A stretch of DNA of 64,000 nucleotides. Source: a virus (taxonomy: Duplodnaviria; Caudoviricetes). The notes under the pieces were generated by a model. That model saw only the letters and a program-made list of their open reading frames with translations, was not told the origin of the DNA and made no database searches. Shown one piece after another: positions 1 to 8,843 of the stretch. The stretch covers positions 5,121 to 69,120 of the IMG/VR virus record IMGVR_UViG_3300033066_002392. One strand, given 5' to 3'. The translations under genes were made by a program, and so were the position numbers. Positions within the stretch are counted from its first letter, which is position 1. Each line of letters starts with the position of its first letter.

Positions 1-1115
1 TCGGCCCAGCCGGCATTTCGCTGAGCCTCGTCCAGCCACGCCGTGCGGTTGTCGCCGCCCGGGAATGTGGTGCGGCGCGGGTCCTGGGGCGCCTCGCCGG
101 CGTACGTGTAGCCGCCGTACCTCTCGATCGTCTGGTAGGCCCGGCGCACGAGGCCCGAGTGCTCGCCGGTGAACGGGCGGCGGTGGCGGGCCGCCGTCCG
201 CCAGTCCTGGTAGGCGGGCAGGTCCTGGAGCTCGCGGAACCTTTTGCGGGCCTGCGCGGCGGCCGCCTCCACCTCGGCGCCGTGCTCGGCGTCCAGCTTC
301 CGCATCCGCGACTCGTAGACGTGCCTCCAGTAGCCGATCTTCTTGGCGGTCGCCTCTCCCCTGCCGGCCGAGGCCACCAGGTCGGCGCAGGCCGCCTTGA
401 AGGCCCTGGTGAGCTTGTCCTTCTCGCGGGTGGCGTGGGCCAGGGCCAGGCCCCGGGCGCGCATGGCGGCGGCCTCGATCTCCATCACGGACGCCAGGAA
501 CTTGCGGGCCGCCTCCCCGTCTGCCACCTCCTGGTGGCCCCCGCCGCCCCGCTTGATGAAGTCCTCCTTGGCCTGGGACATCCTCCGGCGGGCGTCGTTC
601 TCGCCCTCGATCTCCGCCATGGCGCGGCGCACGGCGGGGTCGGCGGACCACAGGCCGGTGCGCACCACCACCTCGGCCGTCTGCTCGAAGGTGAGCCGGC
701 GCAGGGGCGCGTGCCTCTCGCGCACGGCCGTCAGGGCCGAGACGAATGCCCGGCTCTGCAGGTATTTCTTGCCGAACTTTTGCTCCACCGCCTTCCGCCG
801 CCTCTGCACCTCCCCCGGCGTGGCGCCCCTGTCCTCGCCGGCCAGGCCGAGCTCCCCGATGGCCCGGTCGACGGCCGACGGCTCCGACTGCGGGGCGTCG
901 GCCAGCCGCCTCGCCTCCCTGATGATCTGCTCGTCGCTGAACTTCGCGAGCCACTTCCCCTTGTCGGTGCGCGGGCCCACGACGGCGGCCAGCACCTGGG
1001 CCCCGCTCATGCCCTGCCGCAGCGCGGCCTCGATGGCCGGGCGCCGGAAGATGCCCGTGCGCCAGGGCGGGGCGTGCAGGCGGGCGACGGTCTCGATGGC
1101 GGAGGCGAGGTTCAT
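1..1115 (-). CDS. Hypothetical protein, >371 aa, truncated by the window edge (absent from the ORF track)
   Basis: Manual translation from ATG at 1115 (MNLASAIETVARLHAPPWRTG...) is open to position 1, with GC3-rich codons; the + strand ORFs here are shadows. Confidence 0.75.
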   Translation of the reverse strand, partial: MNLASAIETVARLHAPPWRTGIFRRPAIEAALRQGMSGAQVLAAVVGPRTDKGKWLAKFSDEQIIREARRLADAPQSEPSAVDRAIGELGLAGEDRGATPGEVQRRRKAVEQKFGKKYLQSRAFVSALTAVRERHAPLRRLTFEQTAEVVVRTGLWSADPAVRRAMAEIEGENDARRRMSQAKEDFIKRGGGGHQEVADGEAARKFLASVMEIEAAAMRARGLALAHATREKDKLTRAFKAACADLVASAGRGEATAKKIGYWRHVYESRMRKLDAEHGAEVEAAAAQARKRFRELQDLPAYQDWRTAARHRRPFTGEHSGLVRRAYQTIERYGGYTYAGEAPQDPRRTTFPGGDNRTAWLDEAQRNAGWA

Positions 1116-1262
1116 GCGGTTTGACGCCGGGGAGGGGATTGGTGGTGAGGGCGGCCATCCTCCCCCGGCGCCCGACTAGGCTCAACCGGCGCCCCTTGCA
1201 CACATCTCTCGGCGCGGCCACCCTGGCCCCTCGTTCGCACCGCACCCCCACGCCGGGAATAC

Positions 1263-2696
1263 ATGCCAGGCCGCCTCACCCGCTTCGCCGACTGGCTCGC
1301 CGAGAAGGCGCTGCCGGCGCTCCTCCGCCCGCGGTGGGGCGCCCGCCGCGCCCTGGCCGAGTTCACGGGCACGGGCAACTCCGTGGGCCAGTGGACCAAC
1401 CAGTGGACGGAGTCGCGCTACCACCAGGTGCGCCACTTCAAGCACTGGGTCTACATCGCCGTCGACCGCGTCGCCACCGAGGTGGCGATGCACATGCCCA
1501 ACGTCTCCCTCCTCCACGAGGACGGCGGGAGCGACCCCACGCGGAAGTACCTGGGCCGTAGCGTCACCAACCGCGCCATCACGCCGCTGCAGTCGCACGA
1601 GCGCCTCGAGCCGGCCCGGCACAACCACCCCCTGTGCCGGCTGCTCCGCGACCCCAACGAGCCGGACACCAGCTACGACTTGTGGTACGAGACCACCATG
1701 TTCCTGCTCCTCACCGGGAGCGCGTACTGGTGGATCCCCCGCAACCCGCACACGCAGAAGCCCGCCGCCATCTGGGTGATGCCCTCGCACTGGGTCTACT
1801 CCCAGGCCAACGAGGACGGCTGGGTCGACAAGTACGAGATCCGCCCCGTCGAGGGCAACTACGTCCGGATGGTGATCCCCGCCGAGGACATGATTCACTT
1901 CCGGAAGAAGTCCCCCGTCTCCAAGCTCGACGGCTACTCGCCGCTCAACGCCGGGGCGCAGTGGGTGGACACCCTGGAGTCGATCGACCGCACCCGCTGG
2001 TTCTCCTTCAGGAACGGCATCTTCCCCGGCGTCTCCGTCGAGTTCGACCCGCAGGTGAAGCTCCCCGACGAGCAGGACCTGAACCGCATCGAGGCGCGCC
2101 TGATGTCGCGCTACGGCGGCGAGCACAACTCCAACCGGCCCATCATGATCCCCCCCGGCGCCAAGCTGCGGAAGATGCAGCTCTCCGCCGACGAGCTGGG
2201 CTTCTACGACTCGGCCAACCAGCTGCGCGACAACGTGCTGGCCAACTTCCACGTCCCCGGGCCCTGCGTGGGCGTGGTGAGCGACATGACGTTCGGCAGC
2301 CTGCGGGCCAGCATGGCGGGCCTGTACACGGGCGCCATCAACCCGCTCTTCCACTTCTACGGGCAGAACGTCACCGAGAAGCTGGCCCAGCCCCGCTACG
2401 ACCGCCGCCTGCGCGTCTGGTGGGAGGACCGGACGCCCGCCGACCCGGAGCTCCGGGAGACGTCGCTGATGACGGACCTGGCCTACGGCGCGAAGACCAT
2501 GAACGAGGTGCGGGCGCTGCGCGGCGACGAGCCGTACCCCCACGCCTGGGCGAACGAGCCCTGGATGCCCATGAACACGGTCCCCGTGTCCGTGGCGCTT
2601 GCGGGGCTTTCAGGCAAGGAGGGCGGCGGGGGCTCCCCCGGCGCCAACCGCGAGACGGTCACCGACCCCTCCAACCACCCCCGCCGCGAGGACTGA
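1263..2696 (+). CDS. Phage portal protein (HK97 family)
   Basis: Portal-like segments (DMIHFRKKSPVSKLDGYSPL, FSFRNGIFPG, ILANFHVP-like, TMNEVRALRG); lies directly upstream of protease and capsid. Confidence 0.9.
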   Translation: MPGRLTRFADWLAEKALPALLRPRWGARRALAEFTGTGNSVGQWTNQWTESRYHQVRHFKHWVYIAVDRVATEVAMHMPNVSLLHEDGGSDPTRKYLGRSVTNRAITPLQSHERLEPARHNHPLCRLLRDPNEPDTSYDLWYETTMFLLLTGSAYWWIPRNPHTQKPAAIWVMPSHWVYSQANEDGWVDKYEIRPVEGNYVRMVIPAEDMIHFRKKSPVSKLDGYSPLNAGAQWVDTLESIDRTRWFSFRNGIFPGVSVEFDPQVKLPDEQDLNRIEARLMSRYGGEHNSNRPIMIPPGAKLRKMQLSADELGFYDSANQLRDNVLANFHVPGPCVGVVSDMTFGSLRASMAGLYTGAINPLFHFYGQNVTEKLAQPRYDRRLRVWWEDRTPADPELRETSLMTDLAYGAKTMNEVRALRGDEPYPHAWANEPWMPMNTVPVSVALAGLSGKEGGGGSPGANRETVTDPSNHPRRED

Positions 2697-2697
2697 C

Positions 2698-5600
2698 GTG
2701 ACGACGGTGAAAGAATACTCGGCGGGCGACCTCTACGGGGCCGTCTCCCGCCGCTTCGACAGGCTCTCCGGCACCCTCGGCAACCCGCTCTCCGCCTCGA
2801 TGCGGAGGCTGGCGCTGCCCGCCGGGGACGGCCGCACCCTCACCCTCTCCAACCCCCCCGACGCGGGCACGGTGGACGTGGGCGACGGCCTGCTGGCCGT
2901 GGACGAAAAGACGATGTCGGCCGGCTTCGTGGTCTCCTCGACCCGGCGCGACCGCCACGGCGACGTGGTGGTGCCCGCGGGGTGCAAGGACTTCTTCGCC
3001 GACTACGAGGCCAACCCCGTCGTCTTCTTCGCCCACAAGAGCGACTGCCTCCCCATCGCCTCCGCCAGGGACGCCGCGGGCAAGGTGGCGATGTGGTTCT
3101 CCGAGGACAAGATAACCTCCCGCGCCTACTTCCACGGGAAGACGCGGGAGAGCGAGGAAGTCTTCTGCCTGGTGGCCGAGGGCCACCTGCGCGCGGCCAG
3201 CATCGGCTTCATCCCCGTCGAGGGGAAACTCATCCCCCCGGCGTCCGACGAGCCCGTCGACGACGACGGCAACGTCGACTTCGACTCCGGCGGCCTGGTG
3301 TTCACGAAGTGGCAGCTCCTGGAGTGGAGCGTCGTCCCCGTGCCCGCCAACGCCGACGCCCTGCGCTCCCGCCTGCAGTCGAGGAAAAGTCTTTCCCCCT
3401 CCCTCCGGAAGTCGCTGGAGCCCTTCGCGGCCCCCGCCCGCGGCGACCGCCCGCGGTTCACGATGCCCAAGCACGCGGGCCTGGCGGCGCAGGGGCGGCG
3501 CTGGAACCAGTCGCTGTCGAAGGCGTTCGACATCTCCCAGCAGAAGCTGAAGCCCGCCACGGCGTTCTACGGCCTGGCGTCGAAGTACCTCGGCTGCGAG
3601 GTGAAGCACATCTCCCACCGCTCCGCCGTCATCCCCTCTGCGAAGATGGGCTCCGTGCTCTCCGGCTGGCACGAGGCGGCCGCCCTGGACCACAAGTCGG
3701 TGGACGTCCGCAACATCACGCACGGCGGCACGGAGTGCCCGCCCTACTACGAGGCCATCCGGCTCAACTCCTCCCAGTCGAAGGAGTTCCTGGTGGAGGG
3801 CGCGGTCTTCTACGACGGCAAGTCGAAGTTCATCGCCGCCTTCCAGCCGGTGTGGTACGGACTCAGCGTCACCCTCTACTCGAAGCAGAGCGAGTCGGCC
3901 GACTCCTCCCTGGTGCTGGACAGGGCCTGGGAGCTGGCGGCGTCGAAGTACAACTTCCTCAAGGGCGAGGCCTTCTCCCTCTCCGGCGACTTCATCGGGA
4001 AGACCGGCGAGCAGTGGGAGGACCTGTTCCTCGAGGACAAGAACGTCAAGTCGGTTAAGCGCACCCTGCGGCTCCTCAACGAGAAGCAGGCGGACTTCGC
4101 CAACCGCGGCGCCATCTTCCTCGGGCCGCCCGGCACCGGCAAGACGCTCTCCGGGCGCATCATCCGCAACCAGGCCGACGCCACCTTCATCTGGGTCTCG
4201 GCCAAGGACTTCTACCGCGCCGGCGCCTTCGGCGGCATGTCGTACGCCTTCGAGCTCGCCAAGGAGCTGTCGCCCAGCGTCATCTTCTTCGAGGACGTCG
4301 ACAACTGGCTGGACAGCCACAGCGTGGACCTCCTCAAGAGCGAGATGGACGGCATCGCCCGCTACTCCGGCGTGTGGACGGTGCTCACCACAAACTACCC
4401 CGAGCGGCTGCCCAAGGCGCTCATCGACCGCCCCGGCCGCTTCCACGACGTCCTCTACTTCAAGCTGCCCGACGAGGCGGCCCGCAAGGGCATGCTCGCC
4501 AGGTGGCTGCCGGAGCTGAAGGGCCAGCCCCTCGCCGACGCCCTCAAGGCCACCAAGGGCTACAGCGGCGCCCACGTCTACGAGCTGTGCAAGTTCGTCA
4601 AGACGCTGCTGGAGCAGGAGGAGAAGTCCCTCGAGGCCGCGGTCACCTCCGCACTCAAGAAGATCGAGGAGCAGCGGGAGCTGATCGCCAGGCCGCCGCG
4701 CTTCGACAAGTCCCTCAGCCCCATGGTGGCCTCCTACGCGGGCCGCCGCAGTTTCAACATCCAACGGAAATCCATGCCCACCGACATAGGCGAAGCCCTC
4801 GAAAAACTCCTCGCCGACGACCTCACGAAGCCCCCCGTCCAGGACGCGGAAGACGCCGGGGGGAGTGAAGAGGGTGAGGGCGGCGTCGAGCCGCAGGCGA
4901 TCGTCTTCCACACCGACCGCTTCCACGAGGAGGCCGACGTCCGCCGGTGGCTGGAGGACAACGGCTACCCGGACGCCGAGGTGATGCCCGGCGGCGAGGG
5001 CGACGAGCCCTGGGTGGCCGTGCTGTTCCCGAGCGAGGAGTGCGAGGCCGACACCGCCGAGCGCAAGGAAATCGAGGACGGCGTCGAACTGGTGACCTGC
5101 ACCCGCGGCGAGAAGGAAGGCGACGGCGAGAGCGAACCCGAACCCGAATCCGGCGTGCCCGACGCCGGGGGAGAAGTGATGGCCGGCAAGGCGATGGACG
5201 AACTGCCCGATGGCGAGACCGCCGTGAAGCCAGGTGGGGAGTCCGACGACTCCATGAAGCCCTACGGCTGCCAGGTGCTGTGCACCCTGCAGGGGCACCT
5301 CGAGGCGACCGCTTCTTACCTCGAGTCGGCCGTCGGCCAGCTGGAGCAGGAGAAGGTCAAAAAGTGGCTCGGCAAGTACACCGAGCACCTGCAGAAGTAC
5401 GCCGACGACCTCGAGGAGTTCGCCTGCGGCGTCTACCCGGACCACTTCAAGGCGAAGGCCAAGAAGAAGAAGCCCGCCAAGGAGGAGCACCCCGAGCCCG
5501 ACGGCGACGAGGCCGTCGGCGACGGCGACGGGGACGCCGACGACAAGGGCAAGGGCAAGAAGTCAATCACCTCCCCCCGGCGTACCCCCCTCGCCAAGGG

Positions 5601-5871
5601 CGCCGTCGCCCGCAAGGACGTCGGCGTGCTCGAGGACACCGCGGAGTTCCTCAAGGAGCTGGCCACCGAGGACAACCTCAAGCGCTCCCAGAAGGCCGCC
5701 TGCCGCCAGCACGCCGGCGACATCGGCTCGCTGTGCCAGAAGTACTCCGCCCCCGAGGACGCCGGGGAGGAGGTGGCGACGGAGAAGTCGGCCGCCGAGG
5801 ACCCCGCCCTCCAGGTGGCCGTCGACCGCCTCCTCAACGCCTACTACGAGCTCACCGGGGAGGAAATCTAA
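2698..5871 (+). CDS. Prohead maturation protease fused to an AAA+ ATPase and an acidic/helical scaffold-like C-terminus
   Basis: N-terminal HK97 protease motifs (RDRHGDVV, NPVVFFAH, LRAASIGF, LLEWSVVPVPANADA); Walker A GPPGTGKT at 4123-4146; Walker B VIFFEDVD; SRH TTNYPERLPKALIDRPGRFH; GTG start just after the portal stop. Confidence 0.85.
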   Translation: MTTVKEYSAGDLYGAVSRRFDRLSGTLGNPLSASMRRLALPAGDGRTLTLSNPPDAGTVDVGDGLLAVDEKTMSAGFVVSSTRRDRHGDVVVPAGCKDFFADYEANPVVFFAHKSDCLPIASARDAAGKVAMWFSEDKITSRAYFHGKTRESEEVFCLVAEGHLRAASIGFIPVEGKLIPPASDEPVDDDGNVDFDSGGLVFTKWQLLEWSVVPVPANADALRSRLQSRKSLSPSLRKSLEPFAAPARGDRPRFTMPKHAGLAAQGRRWNQSLSKAFDISQQKLKPATAFYGLASKYLGCEVKHISHRSAVIPSAKMGSVLSGWHEAAALDHKSVDVRNITHGGTECPPYYEAIRLNSSQSKEFLVEGAVFYDGKSKFIAAFQPVWYGLSVTLYSKQSESADSSLVLDRAWELAASKYNFLKGEAFSLSGDFIGKTGEQWEDLFLEDKNVKSVKRTLRLLNEKQADFANRGAIFLGPPGTGKTLSGRIIRNQADATFIWVSAKDFYRAGAFGGMSYAFELAKELSPSVIFFEDVDNWLDSHSVDLLKSEMDGIARYSGVWTVLTTNYPERLPKALIDRPGRFHDVLYFKLPDEAARKGMLARWLPELKGQPLADALKATKGYSGAHVYELCKFVKTLLEQEEKSLEAAVTSALKKIEEQRELIARPPRFDKSLSPMVASYAGRRSFNIQRKSMPTDIGEALEKLLADDLTKPPVQDAEDAGGSEEGEGGVEPQAIVFHTDRFHEEADVRRWLEDNGYPDAEVMPGGEGDEPWVAVLFPSEECEADTAERKEIEDGVELVTCTRGEKEGDGESEPEPESGVPDAGGEVMAGKAMDELPDGETAVKPGGESDDSMKPYGCQVLCTLQGHLEATASYLESAVGQLEQEKVKKWLGKYTEHLQKYADDLEEFACGVYPDHFKAKAKKKKPAKEEHPEPDGDEAVGDGDGDADDKGKGKKSITSPRRTPLAKGAVARKDVGVLEDTAEFLKELATEDNLKRSQKAACRQHAGDIGSLCQKYSAPEDAGEEVATEKSAAEDPALQVAVDRLLNAYYELTGEEI

Positions 5872-6135
5872 GTGGCCAAGTCGAAGCCCTCTGCCACCTC
5901 CCCGGCGTCCAAGGTTGAACTCCCCGCCGCGCCCGTTGCGGCGGAGGTGCCGGCCCCGGCCTGCTGGAACTGCCGGCACTGGCTCGCCGTCCGCGACGCC
6001 TGCCACCCGGGCGTCGGCCACTGCAGGCGCTACCCGCCCTCGGTGCTCACGCCCGACTTGACACTACACGGGCCCAAAACTACCTTCCCCGTCACCCACC
6101 AGTCCGCCTCCTGCGGCGAGCACGCGCCGGCGTGA
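5872..6135 (+). CDS. Small Cys-rich phage protein (CxxC...CRRYPP...CGE)
   Basis: ORF fills the gap between protease and capsid; Cys pattern suggests metal binding. Confidence 0.6.
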   Translation: MAKSKPSATSPASKVELPAAPVAAEVPAPACWNCRHWLAVRDACHPGVGHCRRYPPSVLTPDLTLHGPKTTFPVTHQSASCGEHAPA

Positions 6136-6182
6136 CATCCGCCTCACCTCCCCGTCCAACACCCTCCCCCAGTAAGAGCCGA

Positions 6183-7559
6183 ATGTCCACCCCCACCAAT
6201 CTCGCCGACAAGGTCGAAAAGCTCGAAGGCGCCCTCACCAAGCTGGCCACCTCGGGTGACGCCGTGCGCAAGGGCGTCCCCGCCGTCCGCAAGGGCGAGG
6301 ACCCGTTCACCTCCCGCGGCTACAGCTTCTGCAAGCTGTTCCAGCTGATGAGCGGCAAGGTGGACAAGGAGAGCGCCCGCGTCGAGTTCGACACGCACAA
6401 CGAGCTGCAGGCGAACCTCTACGACCGCCACGGCTTCGTCAAGGGCGCCAGCAACTCCATCCTCGCCCCGTTCTGCACCGACTACATGCCGCAGGACAGC
6501 GAGTCCGACCGCAAGTTCGCGCTCGACGTCCGCGCCCGGGTGAAGGCCGGCGTGGCGGGCCTGGACCCCGAGGCCGTCCGCAAGATGGCCGGGGCCGTCA
6601 ACAAGACGCTCAGCTGGCAGGACGAGACGGCGCTCGGCGCCCTGGTCTCCCCGCCGATGTTCGGCGAGTTGATTGACATCCTCCGCAACAACGAAGTGCT
6701 CCTGCGGGCCGGCGCCTCCAGCATCGGCATGCCGCCCAACGGCCGCATCGTCTTCCCCCGCCAGACGGGCGTCGCCACCGCCTACCACGTCGGCGAGAGC
6801 GCGGCGATCACCGCCAGCGAGCCGACGACCGGCGACGTGACGCTGCAGGCCAAGAAGCTGGCCACGCTGGTGAAGGCGCCCAACGAACTCTTCCGCTACG
6901 CCTCGGTCTCCGTCGAAGCGCTCCTGCGCATGGACATGGCCAAGGTGATGGCGCTGAAGATGGACAACCAGCTCATCGAGGGCGTCGGCAGCTCGGTCGC
7001 CCCGCGCGGCCTCATCACCTACTCCGGCCTCACCACCCACACCTCCGCCGGCACCCCCGCCGACGCCGACAGCGGCTACCCGCTGCAGCCGGAGGACGTG
7101 TACACGATGATCGCCAAGGTGGAGGAGCAGAACGCCGTCTTCAAGACCTGGGTGATGCGGCCCCTGATGTACTCCTACATCTTCAACCGCCGGGCCGACG
7201 CCATCACGGCGGGCGACGGCAAGGGCGCGTACCTCTTCAACGTGTGGCGCGAGCTCGGCCTCAACGCCGGCCTCGACCGCGACGGCACCGGCAACCTGGC
7301 CGGCTACCCCGTGCTGAAGACGACCAACATCTCCAAGACCCGCACCCGCGGCTCGGGGAGCACGTTCACCTACATCCTCGGCGGCGACTTCAGCGACTAC
7401 ATGATCGCCATGAGCCCCGTGGTGGAGTTCGCGATGACGCAGCAGGGCGACACCGCCTTCCAGCAGGACCAGACCTGGCTGCGGGCGATCCTCAGCTACG
7501 ACGGCGCCCCGCGCCGGGAAGCGTCCTTCTTGATCTGCGACGCCTTGTTGACCTCGTGA
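6183..7559 (+). CDS. Major capsid protein (HK97 fold)
   Basis: GALVSPPMFGELIDILRN, AYHVGESAAITAS, VTLQAKKLATLVK, LAGYPVLKT, ILGGDFSDY, AFQQDQTWLR. Confidence 0.92.
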   Translation: MSTPTNLADKVEKLEGALTKLATSGDAVRKGVPAVRKGEDPFTSRGYSFCKLFQLMSGKVDKESARVEFDTHNELQANLYDRHGFVKGASNSILAPFCTDYMPQDSESDRKFALDVRARVKAGVAGLDPEAVRKMAGAVNKTLSWQDETALGALVSPPMFGELIDILRNNEVLLRAGASSIGMPPNGRIVFPRQTGVATAYHVGESAAITASEPTTGDVTLQAKKLATLVKAPNELFRYASVSVEALLRMDMAKVMALKMDNQLIEGVGSSVAPRGLITYSGLTTHTSAGTPADADSGYPLQPEDVYTMIAKVEEQNAVFKTWVMRPLMYSYIFNRRADAITAGDGKGAYLFNVWRELGLNAGLDRDGTGNLAGYPVLKTTNISKTRTRGSGSTFTYILGGDFSDYMIAMSPVVEFAMTQQGDTAFQQDQTWLRAILSYDGAPRREASFLICDALLTS

Positions 7560-7587
7560 GAGTCTTTTAGTCTCTAATTGAGGTTGG

Positions 7588-7627
7588 TTGCCACGCACCC
7601 TCCAATTCGGTATGATACTATAGTATC
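7588..7627 (+). promoter_or_regulatory. Sigma70-type promoter TTGCCA-17-TATGAT overlapped by the palindrome GATACTATAGTATC
   Basis: -35 at 7588-7593, -10 at 7611-7616, palindrome at 7614-7627; AT-rich; directly upstream of the HNH gene. Confidence 0.65.
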
Positions 7628-7636
7628 TTATTCAAC

Positions 7637-8254
7637 GTGGAGGGTGTCGTGGGAAGCAGCGATCAGCAGGTAATCGGACAACGCTTCGGGAAGTTGGTGG
7701 TCGTCGCGAAGGCCTGGTCAGACAGATGGCTTTGCCGATGCGACTGTGGGAACGAGAAGGCGATTCGGCTCGTGTATCTGAAGAAGAACATGACGAAAAG
7801 CTGCGGCTGCCTCCGAGCCAAGCATGGCCTTTCTCATCTCCCCGAGTTCAATGTCTGGAACATGATGCAGCAGCGGTGTAACAACCCGAATTACAACCGC
7901 TACTTGGACTACGGCGGCCGTGGCATCAAGGTGTGCGAGAGGTGGCTGGGGCCGAAAGGGTTCGAGCATTTTATTAGCGACCTCGGACGACGGCCCTCGC
8001 CTCAGCACAAGCTGGAGCGAATCGACAACGACGGCGACTACGCGCCCAGCAACTGCTGCTGGGTTACCCAGGCTGAGCAGTCAAGGAACCGACGCAACAA
8101 CAAGTGGGTCACCTACAACGGCGAGACACTCGTTGTCAAAGACTGGGCCACAAAGCTCGGCATGGACGTGATGACCCTGAAGTACCGTCTGAAGCACTGG
8201 GGCCTCGAGAGGGCGATGACCACGCCCCTTGCGCCCAACTCAAGGCGAAAATAA
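7637..8254 (+). CDS. Free-standing HNH-type homing endonuclease
   Basis: QRFGKLVV, CRCDCG, KSCGC, RCNNPN..YGGRGIKVCERW, ERIDNDGDYAPSNCCW; lower GC than flanking genes. Confidence 0.85.
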   Translation: MEGVVGSSDQQVIGQRFGKLVVVAKAWSDRWLCRCDCGNEKAIRLVYLKKNMTKSCGCLRAKHGLSHLPEFNVWNMMQQRCNNPNYNRYLDYGGRGIKVCERWLGPKGFEHFISDLGRRPSPQHKLERIDNDGDYAPSNCCWVTQAEQSRNRRNNKWVTYNGETLVVKDWATKLGMDVMTLKYRLKHWGLERAMTTPLAPNSRRK

Positions 8255-8294
8255 CCTCCCCCTGTTCACCTCCCCTTCGGACCCCACCTGACGC

Positions 8295-8741
8295 ATGTCC
8301 GCCACCTTCCTCACCGACCTCGAGAACGTCGCCCTCACCGGCGCCGGCCACGTACCCGGCACCACCATCTCCACCGCCACCACGACCCTGGGCACGGCGG
8401 TGGACTGCCAGGCGATGGAGGGGCCGATCTCCGGCATCTTCCTCACCGGCAACGTCGGCGACGCCACCCTCACCCTGCAGTTCAAGCTGCAGGAGAGCGA
8501 CACCTCCGGCGGCAGCTACACCGACATCGCCGACGGCGTCGGCTCCGTCAGCACCGCCAGCGCCAGCGCCAACGACAACCTGGTGACCATCATCACCGCC
8601 ACGCAGCGCACCAAGCGCTACGTCAAGACGGCCATCGTCAGCGCCGGCGGCGGCACCCTGAGTGCCCCGGTGGCCAGCGCCGTGGTCGGCCGCAAGAAGA
8701 TCGTCGGCAGCAGCACCGGCACCTACACCACGATCCCCTGA
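8295..8741 (+). CDS. Putative capsid-associated (decoration/cement-like) protein
   Basis: Beta-rich 148-aa ORF following the capsid gene and preceding a terminator; function inferred from position only. Confidence 0.5.
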   Translation: MSATFLTDLENVALTGAGHVPGTTISTATTTLGTAVDCQAMEGPISGIFLTGNVGDATLTLQFKLQESDTSGGSYTDIADGVGSVSTASASANDNLVTIITATQRTKRYVKTAIVSAGGGTLSAPVASAVVGRKKIVGSSTGTYTTIP

Positions 8742-8760
8742 TCCCGGCCGCAACCACTTC

Positions 8761-8815
8761 GCCCCGCACGGCGCGCCACGCCCTCCCCTCCCCGGCGCGC
8801 CTGCGGGGCTTTTCT
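8761..8815 (+). terminator. Rho-independent terminator
   Basis: GCCCCGCA..GGCGCGCC / GGCGCGCC.TGCGGGGC stem followed by TTTTCT. Confidence 0.7.
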
Positions 8816-8843
8816 CTCGCCCCGCCACCCGGTACCGCACGAC

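Noticed and set aside
159-1179. Long + strand ORFs 159-1124 and 343-1179
   Set aside because: Antisense shadows of the open minus-strand gene starting at 1115; Arg/Gly/Pro-rich composition with no motifs
2659-5490. 943-aa minus-strand ORF, and similar ones at 6144-7598, 8136-9953, 19756-21282 and 54399-56702
   Set aside because: Mirror ORFs expected from high GC3 opposite genes with clear motifs
2698-5871. AAA domain as the missing terminase ATPase
   Set aside because: The SRH with RPGRF and overall layout are classical AAA+; no terminase nuclease domain is apparent
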